Shown here piece after piece: positions 27,432-40,900 of a stretch of 64,000 nt of DNA. The translations under genes and the position numbers were made by a program. The stretch spans positions 1 to 64,000 of the forward strand of contig JAAOMT010000011.1 in assembly GCA_016748015.1 (NCBI GenBank). Direction: 5' to 3'. The stretch is from Geosiphon pyriformis uo1 (taxonomy: Eukaryota; Fungi; Glomeromycota). Position 1 is the first letter of the stretch, and every line of letters begins with the position of its first letter. The notes below the pieces were generated by a model. The model worked only from the letters and a program-made list of their open reading frames with translations, was not told the DNA's origin and did not search any database.

Positions 27432-28404
27432 TGTTACCAGAGGTTTTTGGTCTCTTTTCTTAAATGTTGTTAATGTTAATTTGCTGTGAATTCACATTTT
27501 CAGAAAGTAGTTGGACCTCCAGTAACTGAATTTATCTTCAAATTATCTCTTATAATTTGAACTGCTGGGCTTATAAGTGAAATGACCAATTCCTTACTAG
27601 TTACTTTATGTAATTACATTGTAGTAAATATCAACTCTTTCCCAAGAATTGCTTATCTGAAAGCTTACTAAAAATATGTAGTTACTTTGCTGTGAAAGTC
27701 AACTTTTCTACAGGAATCTTGTCTGTAGACTACTCTAATAATTATAATAAGAAAAGAAAAGAAAAATAAAAGAAATATAAAAGAAATAAAATTTTATCAA
27801 GGAAAACGTTTTCTATTCAGGCCTGGAATCACTAACAGATTATTGAAATTGGTAGCTAATCAATTTTAAAATGTTAGTTGTGTTAAGGAAATTTCAAGTA
27901 CAATAATTTAAGGATTTGGTTTTTTGAATATTTAATTTTTATTTGAATATGTAAAAAGTGATTTGTTCCAATTAAGATATCTAAAGTAAGATACTATGTT
28001 AAGATACTATAAAAAGATACATTTTCTTAAAGAGAGAAGTTTTTTTTTTATACAACTTGTTGTAGTACTAGTCTTTGAACTTGCACTTTTCTTTTTGCTA
28101 CAATTTGGGTAAACTAAAAATATATTTCGACAAACTCCAAGTTATTTTACTGAACTATTTGATTATTTCGGCCAATTTTTATTAATTTTGGTGAATTTTG
28201 ACTATGTTAAATGGTTCAAGGTATTGTGTAATTTGATCATCTTAATTTCTAAAGTACAAATCGGATTATTGATTAAGTAATAATATTTGATAATTTGATT
28301 AAATAATAAGTGATAATCGAAATGATAATAATATATGCTAATTAATAATAGGAATTATAAGGGTAATTTCATGCTAATTAATAATTAAAATTCTACTGGT
28401 AACA
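27432..28404 (-). repeat. Family A LTR (3' LTR of A3)
   Basis: Termini TGTTAC/GTAACA, adjacent PPT; shares diagnostic bases (CAGATTATTG, AGTTGTG) with the LTR at 63537. Confidence 0.93.
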
Positions 28405-29091
28405 TAATCTCTTCCTCAAGACTGAGCTCTGTCGAAATCCAAGCACTATTTGTGATGTTAAGATAGTGGTCCAAAATAATTGAAGTAATCTAATCTAAAA
28501 ATTGTTGAAATTTCAGTTCTGTGAGTTTTTCAATGTATTGAATCTTCATTGGATGGAGTATTAGATTTTGTAGAACATTTTCACAAGTATTGAATAAATC
28601 ATAGAATTTAAATGCTGCTCTAAGTTTGTAGCGAGTGTTTATTGGTCCAGCTGCTGTCTTGAATTCATTGTGAATTTGTTTTTATATAGCTTTAGGAGTA
28701 ATGTTGGTTGCTTCAAGTTCCAGTTTTCGTTCATAAAGTGTTTTTCCAATATGAAAATATCTATATATAAGAGTATGTTTATTGTTCTGTTCATTGAGGA
28801 ATAGTAGAAGTTTTTGTTATATTGTGATATTTGGTGGAATGTCAATAGGGACAATTAAAAGGTTTTCTTTTAGTGCTTGCTTCAAAAGTTCTATTAATCT
28901 ATTTCCAGAGTGACCTTTTGTTTTTCTTCTATAAGGGTGATAGTTCTGAGAATTATTTACTATTAGGACTGTAATTTCTTTCTGAATGTAATTAATTTGA
29001 CTTCCATTAATTATTATAGATAAGTCAGGAAGTGTTTTTAAAGCTAACATTAATTTTTGGAATATTTGTTGGATATTCGGGGAATAATCAT
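28385..29091 (-). pseudogene. A3 ORF3, disrupted
   Basis: ORF 28817-29116 NIQQIFQKLMLALKTLPDL, homologous to the A4 ORF3. Confidence 0.85.
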
Positions 29092-29257
29092 GATAAAAAT
29101 GATTAATTAAAAACAAAATTTGAAAAGAATAAAGAAAATTATTTTTTGGGTATAGGGTTTTTATTTGTTTTTGGGTTTAAATATTTCTTTGTAATTATTT
29201 ACTATTTTTGATTTATGTTTTGTGGGTTAAAAAAAATTATTGTAAAATTATGTTGAA

Positions 29258-30643
29258 TTAAGTGTTCAAGTTTGGCTGTTTTTCTATTATAATTATTGGT
29301 TCTAAATTTCGTAGAATATCTTTAGAATTAACTAAAAGGGAATGTGTACCAATTTGTGGAATTAATGGTTCAGAATTGTTTCTGGAATGATAGTGTTTCA
29401 ATCTATCTCCATGTGCAACTTTTGCTAGTACTTTGTTATCAAGTCTTAACTTGTATGATCCATTGTCTAGAATTTCGTGAATATAAAATGGTTCATCCCA
29501 TTTGTTTTCAAATTTTCCACTCCATTGTTTTTCAGTTTTAGTTTTGTATAAGAGAACTTTATTTCCAATTTTAAATTCATTGGTCATGGGTGGTAATTTG
29601 TTGTCATATCTTTCTTTTTGTTGAGCTTGGAAATGTTCAATTTGAGTTGCTGCTATCTTTTTTTTTCTTTCCAGTATACTAAAAAGAGTGTAGGCTCTTC
29701 TTTGGAGTGTTTTTTGAAAGTTCTCTTCATTAATTGATTGCACAAGATATGTTTCTACTGTAAAATTAATTGGTAATGTTGCTGTTCTTCCATAAGTTAA
29801 ATTAAATGGTGTGTGTTTCATAGTATCTTGTTTTAGTGTTCTGTATACTAGTAACACTGATGGAATAAAAATATTCCATTCCTGCTTAAAGTCTGTTAAG
29901 ACTTTGGCTAAAGATTCACACAATGTTTTGTTGAAACATTCTACAAGTCTATTTGTTTAAGGGTGATAAAATAATAATAGAGGTCTTTTGACATTGAATT
30001 GTTCACAAATTTCTTGTATCAAGTTGTTTACAAAATGTGTTCCTTGATCAGATAAGAGTTTAATTGGGCATCCATGTCTACAAATAATGTTTTTATAGAT
30101 GAAATTTGCTACTAATTTTGTATTTGTTCTTTAGATGGCTCTAGTTTCAGGCCATTTGGTAAAATAATCTACTGCAACTACAATATAACAATTTCCTTGA
30201 GTTGTGATAAGTAATGGTCTGATTAAATCAATTTCAACTCTGTCAAAAGGTTGTCCAACTTTGATTGAATTTAAAGGTTCTGTGAGATGAGTTCCTTCTC
30301 TTCTTTGACAACTATCACAAGATTCTATATATTATCGAATGTTTTTTTGCATTTGAGACCAAAAGTAATGTTCAAGAGTTCTTTGTATTGTTCCATCTTT
30401 TCCTAAGTGTGCTGAAGAAGGATCTGTATACATGTTGTATAAGATTGTTTCTTTTTTATTTTCTTGTATTAATCTAAGTGGTTGGTTTGAATTTCTGCAA
30501 TTTTTGTAATAGATTTTGTTGTGATGTATGAAATATTGTTTGAATTGGTGTTGTAATCGATGTTTTTCATTTGGAGACCAATTTTTTGGCATAGTAAGAG
30601 TCTCCAAATAATTTTTAATATTGTTGTAATTTTTAGGATCTAT
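29258..30643 (-). pseudogene. A3 integrase, disrupted
   Basis: ORFs 30332-30607 (HHCC region) and 29258-29923 (TPFNLTYG, KW.EPFY, HGDRLKHY). Confidence 0.88.
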
Positions 30644-30937
30644 TATTGTTTGGTTATTGTGTTGGTAGATTGGTAAATTGTGGTGGGTTTTGTTGTTGAT
30701 GTTAATCTTGTTTCATTCTTGAAAGGCTATCAACATTGGTGTGTAGTTTTCCTGGTTTATGGTGTACAATATATTTGTAGTCTGCTAAAAAATCATTCCA
30801 TCAAAACTGTTTGGCACTTTGTTCAGTTTTCTTTTTGTTGAGCCATTTGAGGCCAATATTGTCAGTTATGATGTTAAATTCTTTTCTATTCTTTAGGTAT
30901 TGTTGAAAGTGTTTGAGAGCCCAAATGACTACAGCAG

Positions 30938-31333
30938 TGTTACGAGTAAACTTGGTGGATATGGGAAATAATAATATTTGGTGCTCTCAATTATTAATGA
31001 TGCATCTTCTGCATAATTCTGTTGACTTAGTCTTAATTATCAGTCTCTGAAGGTCTATTCCTGGATGTGAATTTACCTATTGAGTTTTTTTGTTATAAGG
31101 CACAGAGTTTGTCTTCCATTGATTGCAACATTTTTTATAGATGTGAGCTTTTTTCTCCAAGCTAACAAGCACAGTTGTTAGGATCTGGCATTGTCTTTTT
31201 GCCCTTCTGGTAAGCTAACAAGATAACATTAATATCCAAAACTTAGGGGGAGCTTCCTTCTTTTACCAGGCTATTACGAAGTCTATTCCCAGACAGTTAA
31301 TTTTACTATGTTGCCATTCCACAAAAAAATAAG

Positions 31334-31367
<34 letters not shown>

Positions 31368-31957
31368 AAAGATAAATTAGTAATGTCAATTGCCATAATC
31401 AAGAGTGATTAGACCAAATTGTTAATCATTTGAGGTGGTTATGCTAAGAGCATCTGTCCTAAAACAAAGGTATGAAATAAGAGTTAATTCATGTAAATTC
31501 TACAAAGTTTGAGAACATGAATTCATGATTCTGATTTCTTTAATAATTGGTTTATTTCAAAAGATGAAATAGAGAAGATAATAAATGATAAAAGAGTATA
31601 AATATTTGATTCTTGTTTAGAGGTTCATATCTTATCTGTCTCTTTTTTTAACTTCTATTCCTACTTGCTTTTATACATTCTTTTGGTTTTACAGGATTGC
31701 TTTCAATTGTCTTGCTATCACTAGCTATTGCTTTGTTATTTCTGTTATTGCTTCGTTTTTCTACATTATCACTAGTTATTTTATATTATAATATGTTATC
31801 TGATGTTATTACATGTTATTCTGTATTATTCTGCGTTATAACATGTTATCCTACATTATAATGCATTATCCAACATTATTGTGTGCTATTCTGTGTTATG
31901 TCACATTTTGGTCACATTTTTTTATAACTTTGAATCGGTTTTTCTACTTGAGTAACA
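30938..31957 (-). repeat. Family B 3' LTR (1020 bp; A32 tract at 31334-31365; short TGTTA/TTC repeats about 31720-31900)
   Basis: TGTTAC...GTAACA; PPT AAGAGAGGGATAA adjacent. Confidence 0.92.
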
Positions 31958-31972
31958 TTATCCCTCTCTTTT

Positions 31973-32707
31973 TTAGAATTGAGCTTCTGCGAAATTGTAT
32001 ATATCTATTCCTATGTCTTTATTTGTGTAATGTTCAATGATTGCATTGAGTATTGTTTTTTGTAGGTTTTCGAACTGTTGATTGGTAATTCATTCTATGT
32101 TGTTAACTGTTATTGTCTTTATCAATCCATACAACAGTATATTTGGACAATGTTGGAAAGCGACGTATAGTTGGTATGCTGTTTTGTAATATAGAGTCAG
32201 ATTGTTTTTCCCTATGAACTTTTCTACTTGTTGTATTGCTTTTTTATTGAACGTTTTCTGGCTGAAGTCTTCATATGGTGTTTTCAAGTCAAGTTGTTCT
32301 CCAATTTTGTAGAACCAATATGCTGGAAAAAGTTTTTCTTTCCATTCCTGGGCATTGTCAGGTGTCCACTCCTTTGTTTCAGGGAGTTCAGTTTCATGAG
32401 CTAAAGCTTCTTTTATTTCTTTGAGCTCAGGGACCAAGTATCTTCTTTTGTAACCTTTTTTTTGTTCTTTGCCTCTTTCTTCTCTACCTTCTGCCCGAAG
32501 GCAATTTTTTCTCCAACATTGTCTTTCGGGTGGTGGGTAGAAGAGGGAACGTTTAGTTTTAATTGAACTCTCATCCTCCCTTCTTCTGCTCTTATCTTTG
32601 TACCATATTTCTTTTTTATCAATTGTTATTTCTATCTGAGCAGGAGATTTTTGAATTGTTTCAAATAATTGTTTAGATAATTTTAAAATTTGATCTGAAA
32701 AGTCCAT
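31973..32707 (-). pseudogene. Family B ORF3 (unknown protein), frameshifted near the C-terminus
   Basis: MDFSDQILKLSKQLFETIQ..IEITIDKKEIWY..FYKIGEQL..AYQLYVAF; lies between integrase and PPT. Confidence 0.82.
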
Positions 32708-32787
32708 GTTGAAATTTCTATCATTTATTGCTGCTTTTTGGATGCTATATATATTTGAATTCCCCAATTTAATTTGCTGCCCATTGT

Positions 32788-34155
32788 CTATATTTCAATG
32801 ATGATGATTGGTTCCAAATTTCATGGTATATCTTCTGGTCTGATTAATGAAATTTGTGTTCCTAGTTGAAGTACTAATGACAATGATCTCTGTTTTGCAT
32901 GATAAATTTTTAACCGATTTCCATGTGCTACTTTTATTAAAATCCTGTCTTTCAATTATAGTTTGTAAGCTCCATTTCCTAAAGCTTTGTGTATATGGAA
33001 TGGACTGTCCTACTTTGGATCAAACTTTCCACTCCACTGTTTCTTAGCTTTTGTATGATATAACAGTACCTGGTTTCCAATCTTGAATTCCATTGGTTGT
33101 TCAGACAGGCAATCATCATGTCTTTCCTTTTGCTATTTTTGAACATTACTAATATTATCAGCTGCTGTTCTTTGGTTGTTTTCTAATGTCTCCATTAGCT
33201 GGTACATTCTTTGGTATAAAGTAGCTTCAAAATTCTCTTTTGTGATTGTTTCTGTTGGGTAAAACAATATTTTTTGTTCGATAGATAACATCACTTTTCT
33301 TTTATAGACTAGTTCAAATGGTGTGAATTGTGTTGTATTTTGTTTTAGTGTTCAGTATACAAAGAGTACTGAAGATATGAATAAGTCTCATTCTTGTTTG
33401 TTCTCTTGACTTATTTTTGCTAGTGCTTCACAAAGTGTTCGGTTAAACTATTCTACCAGTCCATTTGTTTGTAAGTAGTATGGTGATGATAGAGGATGTT
33501 TTATACCAAACCATTGACTTAATTTTATTAGCGTATTATTGACAAAATGTGTTCCTTGGTCAGATAGCAATTCTTTTGGGCATCCATGTCTGCAAATTAG
33601 ATCTTGGTGTATGAATTTGGCTACTGTTTTGGTGTCAGCTACTTGGATTGCTCTAGCTTCTGGCCATTTTGTAAGATAGTCTACAGCTACAATGATGTAC
33701 TGATTTTCTTTGGATGTAATTGAAAAAGAACCAACCAAATCAATCCTAATTCTATCAAATGAATTTCCAACTGGAATGGGTCAAAGTGGTTCTGTTGATC
33801 TTGCTCCTCCTCTTCGCTAGCATGTGTCATAATTAAGCACGTATTCAAAAATTTCTTTGTATATTGTTGGCCAATAGTATAAATTTAGTGTTCTTTTAAG
33901 GGTAGCATCTTTGTTAAAGTGTCCTGATATCAGATCTGAGTGCATGCTATATAGTATAGTTTTTTTTTCACTGTCCTTGATTAGTTGTTGTGGGGTGGAA
34001 TGGTTTTAGCATTTTCATCAATATAGTTGGTTGTCTTAAATAAAATAATTTTGGGCTTGTTTTCATATGATACTTTGTTTCTGTTGAGATAATATCTCCT
34101 TGAAACGTAGTGTCGATAGGTACTGATGTAGTCATTGATAAGTAAGTGTGTTCAT
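32788..34155 (-). pseudogene. Family B integrase (separate ORF), disrupted
   Basis: ATG at 34155; VDYLTKWPEA, LSDQGTHF, QTNGLVE; NLEPIIIIEI end. Confidence 0.88.
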
Positions 34156-34165
34156 GAGTCTGGGA

Positions 34166-36868
34166 TTAGGTTTGTGACATTCTTGACAAACTGTCGGCAT
34201 TGGTGTTCTTGGATTCTTCCTTGTAATAGATTTTGAATGAGAATTGTTGCAAATAAGTACTCCATCTTGCATATTTTTTTTCTAGTTGTGAATTGTTGAA
34301 TAACCAAATAAGTCCTTTGTGATTAGTATATAGGTCAAATAGTTGACTGAGGTAATGTTTCCAAGTCTGTACAGCCCAATAAATGGCAAAACATTCCAGA
34401 TCTGTTGTGCTGTAATTCTTTTCTGCTGGGCTCATGCTGCGACTGGCATAGACAACTGAATGTTCTCTATTGTCTAGTCTTATCTGTGATAAGACTGCTT
34501 CTAGAGCATTTTTTAAGGCGTTTATAGTGACAATGAACTATTTAGTGAAATCTGGATAAATCAGGATTGGGGATGTAATCAATTGCTGCTTGAGATAATC
34601 AAATGCCTTCTGTTGATCTTTTTTTCACAAGTATGGTACATATTTGGACAACAAATAATGAAGTGGTTTTGTGATGTTTGAGAAACCTTTGACAAATTGA
34701 TGATAATATCCTGCCAATCCTAAAAATCCTCATAATTCTCTAAGGTTGATTAGAGCTGGAAAATCCTTGACTTTTTAGACCTTATCTAGATTGGGTTTGA
34801 CTCTGTCTTTGCCAATTACATGTCCTAGAAATTTTAACTTGGTTTTTTCAAAGAAGCATTTATCAGGGTTGAGTTTCAATCTGGTATTATAAAAGCATTC
34901 AAAGATTTGTTATAGATAGAACAAATGATCATCAAACATTTCAGAGAAGACATTGGTGTTATCTAGATATACTACAACTGATTTCCACAGGATTCTTTTG
35001 TATATGATATCCATGAGGTGCTAGAACGTGGCAGGAGCATTACAGAGTCCAAAAGGCATTATGTTAAACTCGAAGTTTCTGTTTTGAGTGGTAAATGCTG
35101 TTTTTTCTTTGTCTTTGGGGTTCATTTCAACTTGCCAATAACCACTTGCTAGATTTAATGATGAGAACCATTTTTTTTTTCCTAGATTGTCCAGAATTTT
35201 CTGGATGAGGAGAGTGGAATAACTATCTCCTTGTGTAACACTATTTAGTTTTCGGTAATCTATGCAGAATCGTACTTTTCCATTTTTCTTTGTAACTAAT
35301 ACCACTGGAGAGAATTAAGGGCTTAATAATTTTTTAATCAGTCTGTTGTCAAGCATTCATTGTACTTCCTGTTTAATCAGATTATTACCAGATAGGAGTA
35401 CATAGTAAGCTTGTTGCTTAATCAGTTAAGCATTTTCTGTATCAATCTGATGCTTCACAATGTTGGTGCGTCCGAACTTATTTTTGCTGGCAAAAACATT
35501 GGCATACTAATTCAGAAGGACTTTGAGTTGCATTTGTTGCAGGGTATTTAAGTTTTCTAAATTCAATTTATTGATCTCTTCTAATATAAACAAATAACTT
35601 TCTTTTGGCAAATTCCATACTTGTGAGGTAATGTCACAAAATAAGAATAATTGTGTGAAATCTGAAATGGACTGTGGTTTGTCAGGATTCTGAATATCTG
35701 CAGATATGGAACTGATGAGGATTCCTTTGGGGATTTCAATGACATCTTCTGTTAGGTTGTAGATGGGGATTTTGAAGTGTTTATGGGCTTTGGCCGGTAG
35801 GTATAGATTAGCAACATCAGTTAGAGAACAGATTTCAGGACTGGCTTCGAATAACAGGGCTTGATCTTGGATCTTTTAATTCACCTTGAAGATGTATTGT
35901 CAGTATGGAGGAATGAAGATGATAATATCAATGTAGATAAATTCTACCTGGTCACTGTCTTCTTCCATGAAATTAACTGGTATGTTTCCTCTTCCACTTG
36001 ATCCAAATCTGTTGATTCCTTAAGCAGTGAGACCTAATTCTTCTCAGGTTGTTACTGGTGTCAATTAGGGTATTTTGACTAGAGGTAGGAAGATAGCTTG
36101 AGCAATTTTTTCTTGTGATTCTATTTTGTAAGGTCTGTCTGAATTGTTCTGTAGCATCACAATAATGTTCTCCATATAACCGGCATTGATGATTCTTCTT
36201 TTTACGTTGATTTTTTTCTTGGCTAGACTAAATCGAGAGGCAACTTGTATCATTGTACTAACAGGAATTTCTAATGCTATCTTAAGATCTATTTTTACAA
36301 AGGAATATGGGGCTATAATGATGGATGATTGTCCAGGGTATTATAGATCAAAACCAGCATTGGTGTTATGTGCTCTTTTGAAACAGATTCCTTTTTCATT
36401 GTCACTGTACTATTTTAATTTTAATTCTTTGGATAGGTTGGAATATGCGAGGTACTGCTCTGTTTCAGTAGCTTCATTAGACTCTTGAAACAACATGTCC
36501 TTAACTATTAACTTGGCTTCTTCTTCAGGTTTTGGTAGCTTGTCAATAGAGTGTAATATTTTTGGTAGTGGATTGAACATAAGATCACATTTATTACAAT
36601 ACTGGAAATGGCAAGGGATTAGGCAATGATCACATAATTTCATGTTTAGGTCAGCTAGTTTTTGTTCTTGTTCTTCTCAGGTCAGAGCCAATTCTTGGTA
36701 ATAATCTTGAAATGCATCCGGGTCATCAGTGAAAAAATTTTTGGTAATGTAATCGGGTCCTTTATATTCAAATACAAATGGGTTTTCTTTGATTTCTCAT
36801 ATTTTGCTGAGTGTAGTACCTTCAGATTTGGCACTTGCCATCCCCCATATTTCATGTTTGTCATACGG
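34166..36868 (-). pseudogene. Family B pol: end of Cys-rich domain, dUTPase, RT, RNase H
   Basis: LCDHCLIPCHFQYCNKC; IINAGY..KIAQAI; FCIDYRKLN..MPFGLCNAPATF; NADSLSR. Confidence 0.9.
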
Positions 36869-37880
36869 TGTTACCAGTAGAATTTTAGCTATTAATTAGC
36901 ATGAAATTACCCTTATAATTCCTATAATTCATTAGTATATTAATATCATTTCAAATTATCATTTATTATTTAATCAATTATCACATATCATGATTCAATT
37001 AAAATAATCTAATTAGTATAACAGAAAGTAAGATGATCAAATTACACAATACCCTGAACTTTGTAACATTCAAAAATTTGCCAAAATTTACAGAAATTTG
37101 CCGAAATTTATAAAAAATTTGCCAAAATTTACAGAAATTCGCTGAAATTATGAATAGTTCACCCAAATTAATCAATAGTTCAGCAAAATAACTTGTAGTT
37201 CATCAAAATGTATCTTTAGTTTGCTGGAATTTGGGCAAAGAGAAAAAGTGCAAGTTCATAAACTAGTACTACAACAAGTTGTATAAAAGAAGAGCTTTTC
37301 TCTTCTGGAAAATGTATCTTACTTTAGATTTATCTCTTAAAACTGTTCCTATACACACAAAAAAAAATAAATATCAAATAATTCAAAAAAACAAATTTTT
37401 TAATTATTGTACTTGGAAAATCCCCAAAACCCAACTAACATTTCGAAATTGATTAGCTACTAATTTCAGTAAACTGTTAGTGACTCCAGGTCTGGATAGA
37501 AAACGTTTCTCTTAACAAAATTTTATTTCTTTTATATTTCTTTTATTTTCTTTTATTTTTCTTATTACAATCATTAAAGTAGCCTACAGACAAGATTCCT
37601 GTAGAAGAGTTGACTTTCACAGCAAAGTAACTACACATTTTTAGTGAGCTTCCAGACAAACAATTCCTGGGAAAAAGTTGACGTTTACTACAACATAACT
37701 ACATAAAGTAACTGGCAAGGAATTGGCCATTCCACTTATAAGCCCAGCAGTTCAAATTATAGAAGATAATTTGAAGATAAATTTAGTTATTGGAGGTTCA
37801 GCTACTTCCTGAAAACGTGAATTCACAGTAGATCAACATTACCAACATTTAAGAAAAGAGACCAAAAACCTCTGGTAATA
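36869..37880 (+). repeat. A4 5' LTR (1012 bp)
   Basis: Direct repeat of 45774-46785; terminal CA mutated to TA. Confidence 0.95.
37074..37150 (+). repeat. Tandem 21-bp repeat AAATTYGCCGAAATTTACAGA (about 4 copies) in the LTR
   Basis: Directly visible; also at about 45979-46055. Confidence 0.85.
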
Positions 37881-37882
37881 TT

Positions 37883-37892
37883 TGGTGCTCTC
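37883..37892 (+). promoter_or_regulatory. Primer binding site TGGTGCTCTC
   Basis: 2 nt after the LTR; complementary to a tRNA 3' end ..GAGAGCACCA; shared with families B and C. Confidence 0.85.
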
Positions 37893-37925
37893 CCACAGAA
37901 ATAACACAGCAACAACAAATTCAAA

Positions 37926-40900
37926 GTGGCAATCACACCAGACACAGCAACTCTAGAATATTACCAGTCAATTTACACCCACTACAAGCAAAGATTCAAC
38001 ATTCCAGACGGAATTGAAATTGTAAAGAAATCAGTATACCAATATATTGAAAACCACATCAACAATTATCTTTTTGGAAACTACAACATTTCAGAAGTTA
38101 GAAGCAACCTCTACAATAATTTAGTGCATTATTCACATTTGGGAACAGAAGACCTGAACAGTGAAACACTTGCTACCTACTTTCAAGAACTTAATTTTAA
38201 TATTATTAAGTATTGTGAAGAAAAATACCCAGTACAGTCTAAATACTCTTTTGACTTTGAATCAGAGACAGAAACAAGCAATAAAGGCAAACAAAGATTG
38301 AAGCAATACTCAAGAACCACTCCAAACACTCCAACACTACAAAAGACAACTGCCAAACACTTGCAAACATCTGAACAAGGAACCAGTGTCAAATTACCAC
38401 TTTCTATTATACCATTTCCAATTTCACTTGTTCAACCACAAACACCAAGTTCACCACTTAGCCGTTTCTCCAGACCAGAAGATTTTCAGTCACCTAGAAA
38501 TCCTACTCAACAGCAGGAACCAATATCAACAAGTGCCAATATCATTGATTACTTACAGAAAAACGAAAGTAATCACTCAGAAAGCTTGGAAAGTAAAGAA
38601 ACTGAATCAAAACCAGAAGAAATTCCAGAAAATGAAGAAGAAATGGCAACTGCTTACATTGCAAAAATCCCAGAATTCACTGGTGAAGACAATGATACCA
38701 GTCCCCAAGAATGGCTTGACAAAGTTCAAAAAGCAGGAGATGCAAATGGTTGGATTGCAGCAAGAATGCTCAAAGCAATTCCCTACTTTCTCCAAGAAAC
38801 AGCAGGAGAATAGTTTGAAAATTTAGAAGAACCATTTGAAAACTGGCAAGCATTCAAAGATGTTTTTCTACAACAATTCACTAACAACAATACCTCTATC
38901 CCTCTCAGAAACCGCTTTCACAATATCAAACAAGAAACATCTGAATCTGTTATGACCTATCTTGGAAGATTTAACAAACTTCTCAGATGAATCCGACAAT
39001 TGGAAACCAATGACTACTATTCTGATGCTCAAATTCTGGATCAGTTTATAGCAGGGTTAAAAGACAAACTGATTAAGAAAGTCCGTCCACATGCTCCAGC
39101 AGACTTAGCAACTCCTATTAAACATGCAAAGAGCTATGAAATGGCAATAGAAAAAGCAAACCACACCAAACTTGTCAACCTAGCTATTGAAAAAACCAGC
39201 TCAGCAGCTGAAAAAAAAATAGACCAACTTACAAAGAAAGTTGAAAACTACTTTACAAACCAACAACAACAGCAACAATCACAAAGATATCAACCACTAC
39301 AATGATGTAACCAAAACAATTTTGGTTACCCATCTAACAACCAACTTCAAAATTGTCATTATTGTGGAATTTCAGGACACTGAAAACAAGATTGCAGAAA
39401 ATTGCAAAGAGACCAACAAAACAGGAGTAATCAATGTTATTCTTTATCACAACCATCTTATTACCAACCTCCACCACCAATTTATTATTTATCAAGACCA
39501 CAAAATTAAAACAATTATTATCTACCAGCTCCACAACCAATACAGCAACAATATTAGCAACTTTTACCAATTCAGCAATATCAAACACCATCTATTCAAC
39601 AATATCAAATACCAGCCAGAAGATTGGTTCAACATAACCAATTCACATCCCAAAATCAATTTCAGAATAATAACAACAGAATTAATCCAAATAACCAGTT
39701 GGTTTCCCAAAATTTGGGCCAGCAAAGACCCAATCACTATCACACTCAACCCAGTTATCTTACAATACCAGAGGAATCGGATTTTCAACAAACTGCACTT
39801 TCTAAAGGTAAAATTGCAGCACCAAGATCAAACTCTTCTAACCACACTATTCCCTCAGCTCAAATTGCCCAAAATGCTAATCTGTCAGATATATTTCCAT
39901 TTGAATTTGAGGCAAATGAATCACCATTTCTGCTTAGTAATGCAGCAGTCAATGAACAGAAAGCAATTACTGCCATGTACACAGAAACTACAGTGGAAGG
40001 AAAACCCATTCGCTTAATCTTAGATAGTGGATCAGCTGGAAGTATTATCACTTACCAGCTGATGCAACAACTTAAACGAAATGTAGACAGACCAGCTCAA
40101 ACAGTTATTGTTACAGCTGATAGTATGAAGAAGACTCCAGTAGGAGAAATTTATGATTTCCCTTTTTCAATTGATGGAATCACCATTCCAGTTAAAGTTC
40201 TTGTTATGGATGCACCCCAATACCAAGCTCTAGTCGGAAATGATTGGCTTCACAAGACCAATGCAAACCTGAACTGGGAAACTCAAGAACTTAAAATTTC
40301 ATACCAAGGACAATATACCATAGTATTTGCAACCTGTGGTATCTTTAACAAATGATCAGAAAAAGCTCCAGTATTTGAATTTGAAGAGGAGAAAGAAATG
40401 CCACTTACTGAAACCTACATGGCTCTTGGATCAACATCCAATTGGGCTGAAGAAACCAAACAAGAGATTTTCGAAGAATCAAGGGGATGGAAGAAAGTTA
40501 GATATTCTACACCAGAACCACAGAAACAACCACTCTATATTCCACTCAAATGCAAAGATTGCAACAAAAAACTTTCATCAATGGTGCCATGTATTTCTCC
40601 AGAAGAGGAATATAAAACTTGTACCTGTTACTTTTGCAAAGCATGCCATAGAAAACAATTTGGATCTCCAAAAAGAAGTAGAAAATGGGACAACACACCT
40701 TGCCTTACATGTGGAGAAATACTACCAGAAGAATGCAATTGGATTGATGTAGCAATGAGAGGAGGAGTATGTGATCAAACCTGTCAATATGCTCTATCAA
40801 TTTCGGAAAAAGTCAGAAGAGGAACACCATTTGATGCAGCATACAACAGTGCTCTCAATAAACTTTACCACTACCCTCATGATGCTGAAATGATTTTTGA

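Larger units (their letters stand above)
27432..30937 (-). mobile_element. Family A copy A3 (3' half: RNase H end, integrase, ORF3, PPT, 3'LTR); 5' half is probably 59873-64000
   Basis: LTR 27432-28404, PPT at 28405-28420, integrase 29258-30643, RNase H cut at 30937 by the family B LTR. Confidence 0.9.

Noticed and set aside
37074-37150. Short tandem repeats as a CRISPR-like array
   Set aside because: No unique spacers; eukaryotic LTR context
39381-39383. TGA at the same codon of the zinc knuckle (xH*K) in all four family A gag copies (2741, 11249, 39381, 62034) as a programmed readthrough site
   Set aside because: It would split a CCHC knuckle; B and C have no stop there; A4 and A5 are not independent (conversion tract); TGG/CGA->TGA is the dominant mutation type here
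40353-40355. Shared TGA after the protease in A2, A4 and A5 as a gag/pol boundary
   Set aside because: A1 has CAA at this codon, so the ancestor was probably CGA and these are CpG decay products
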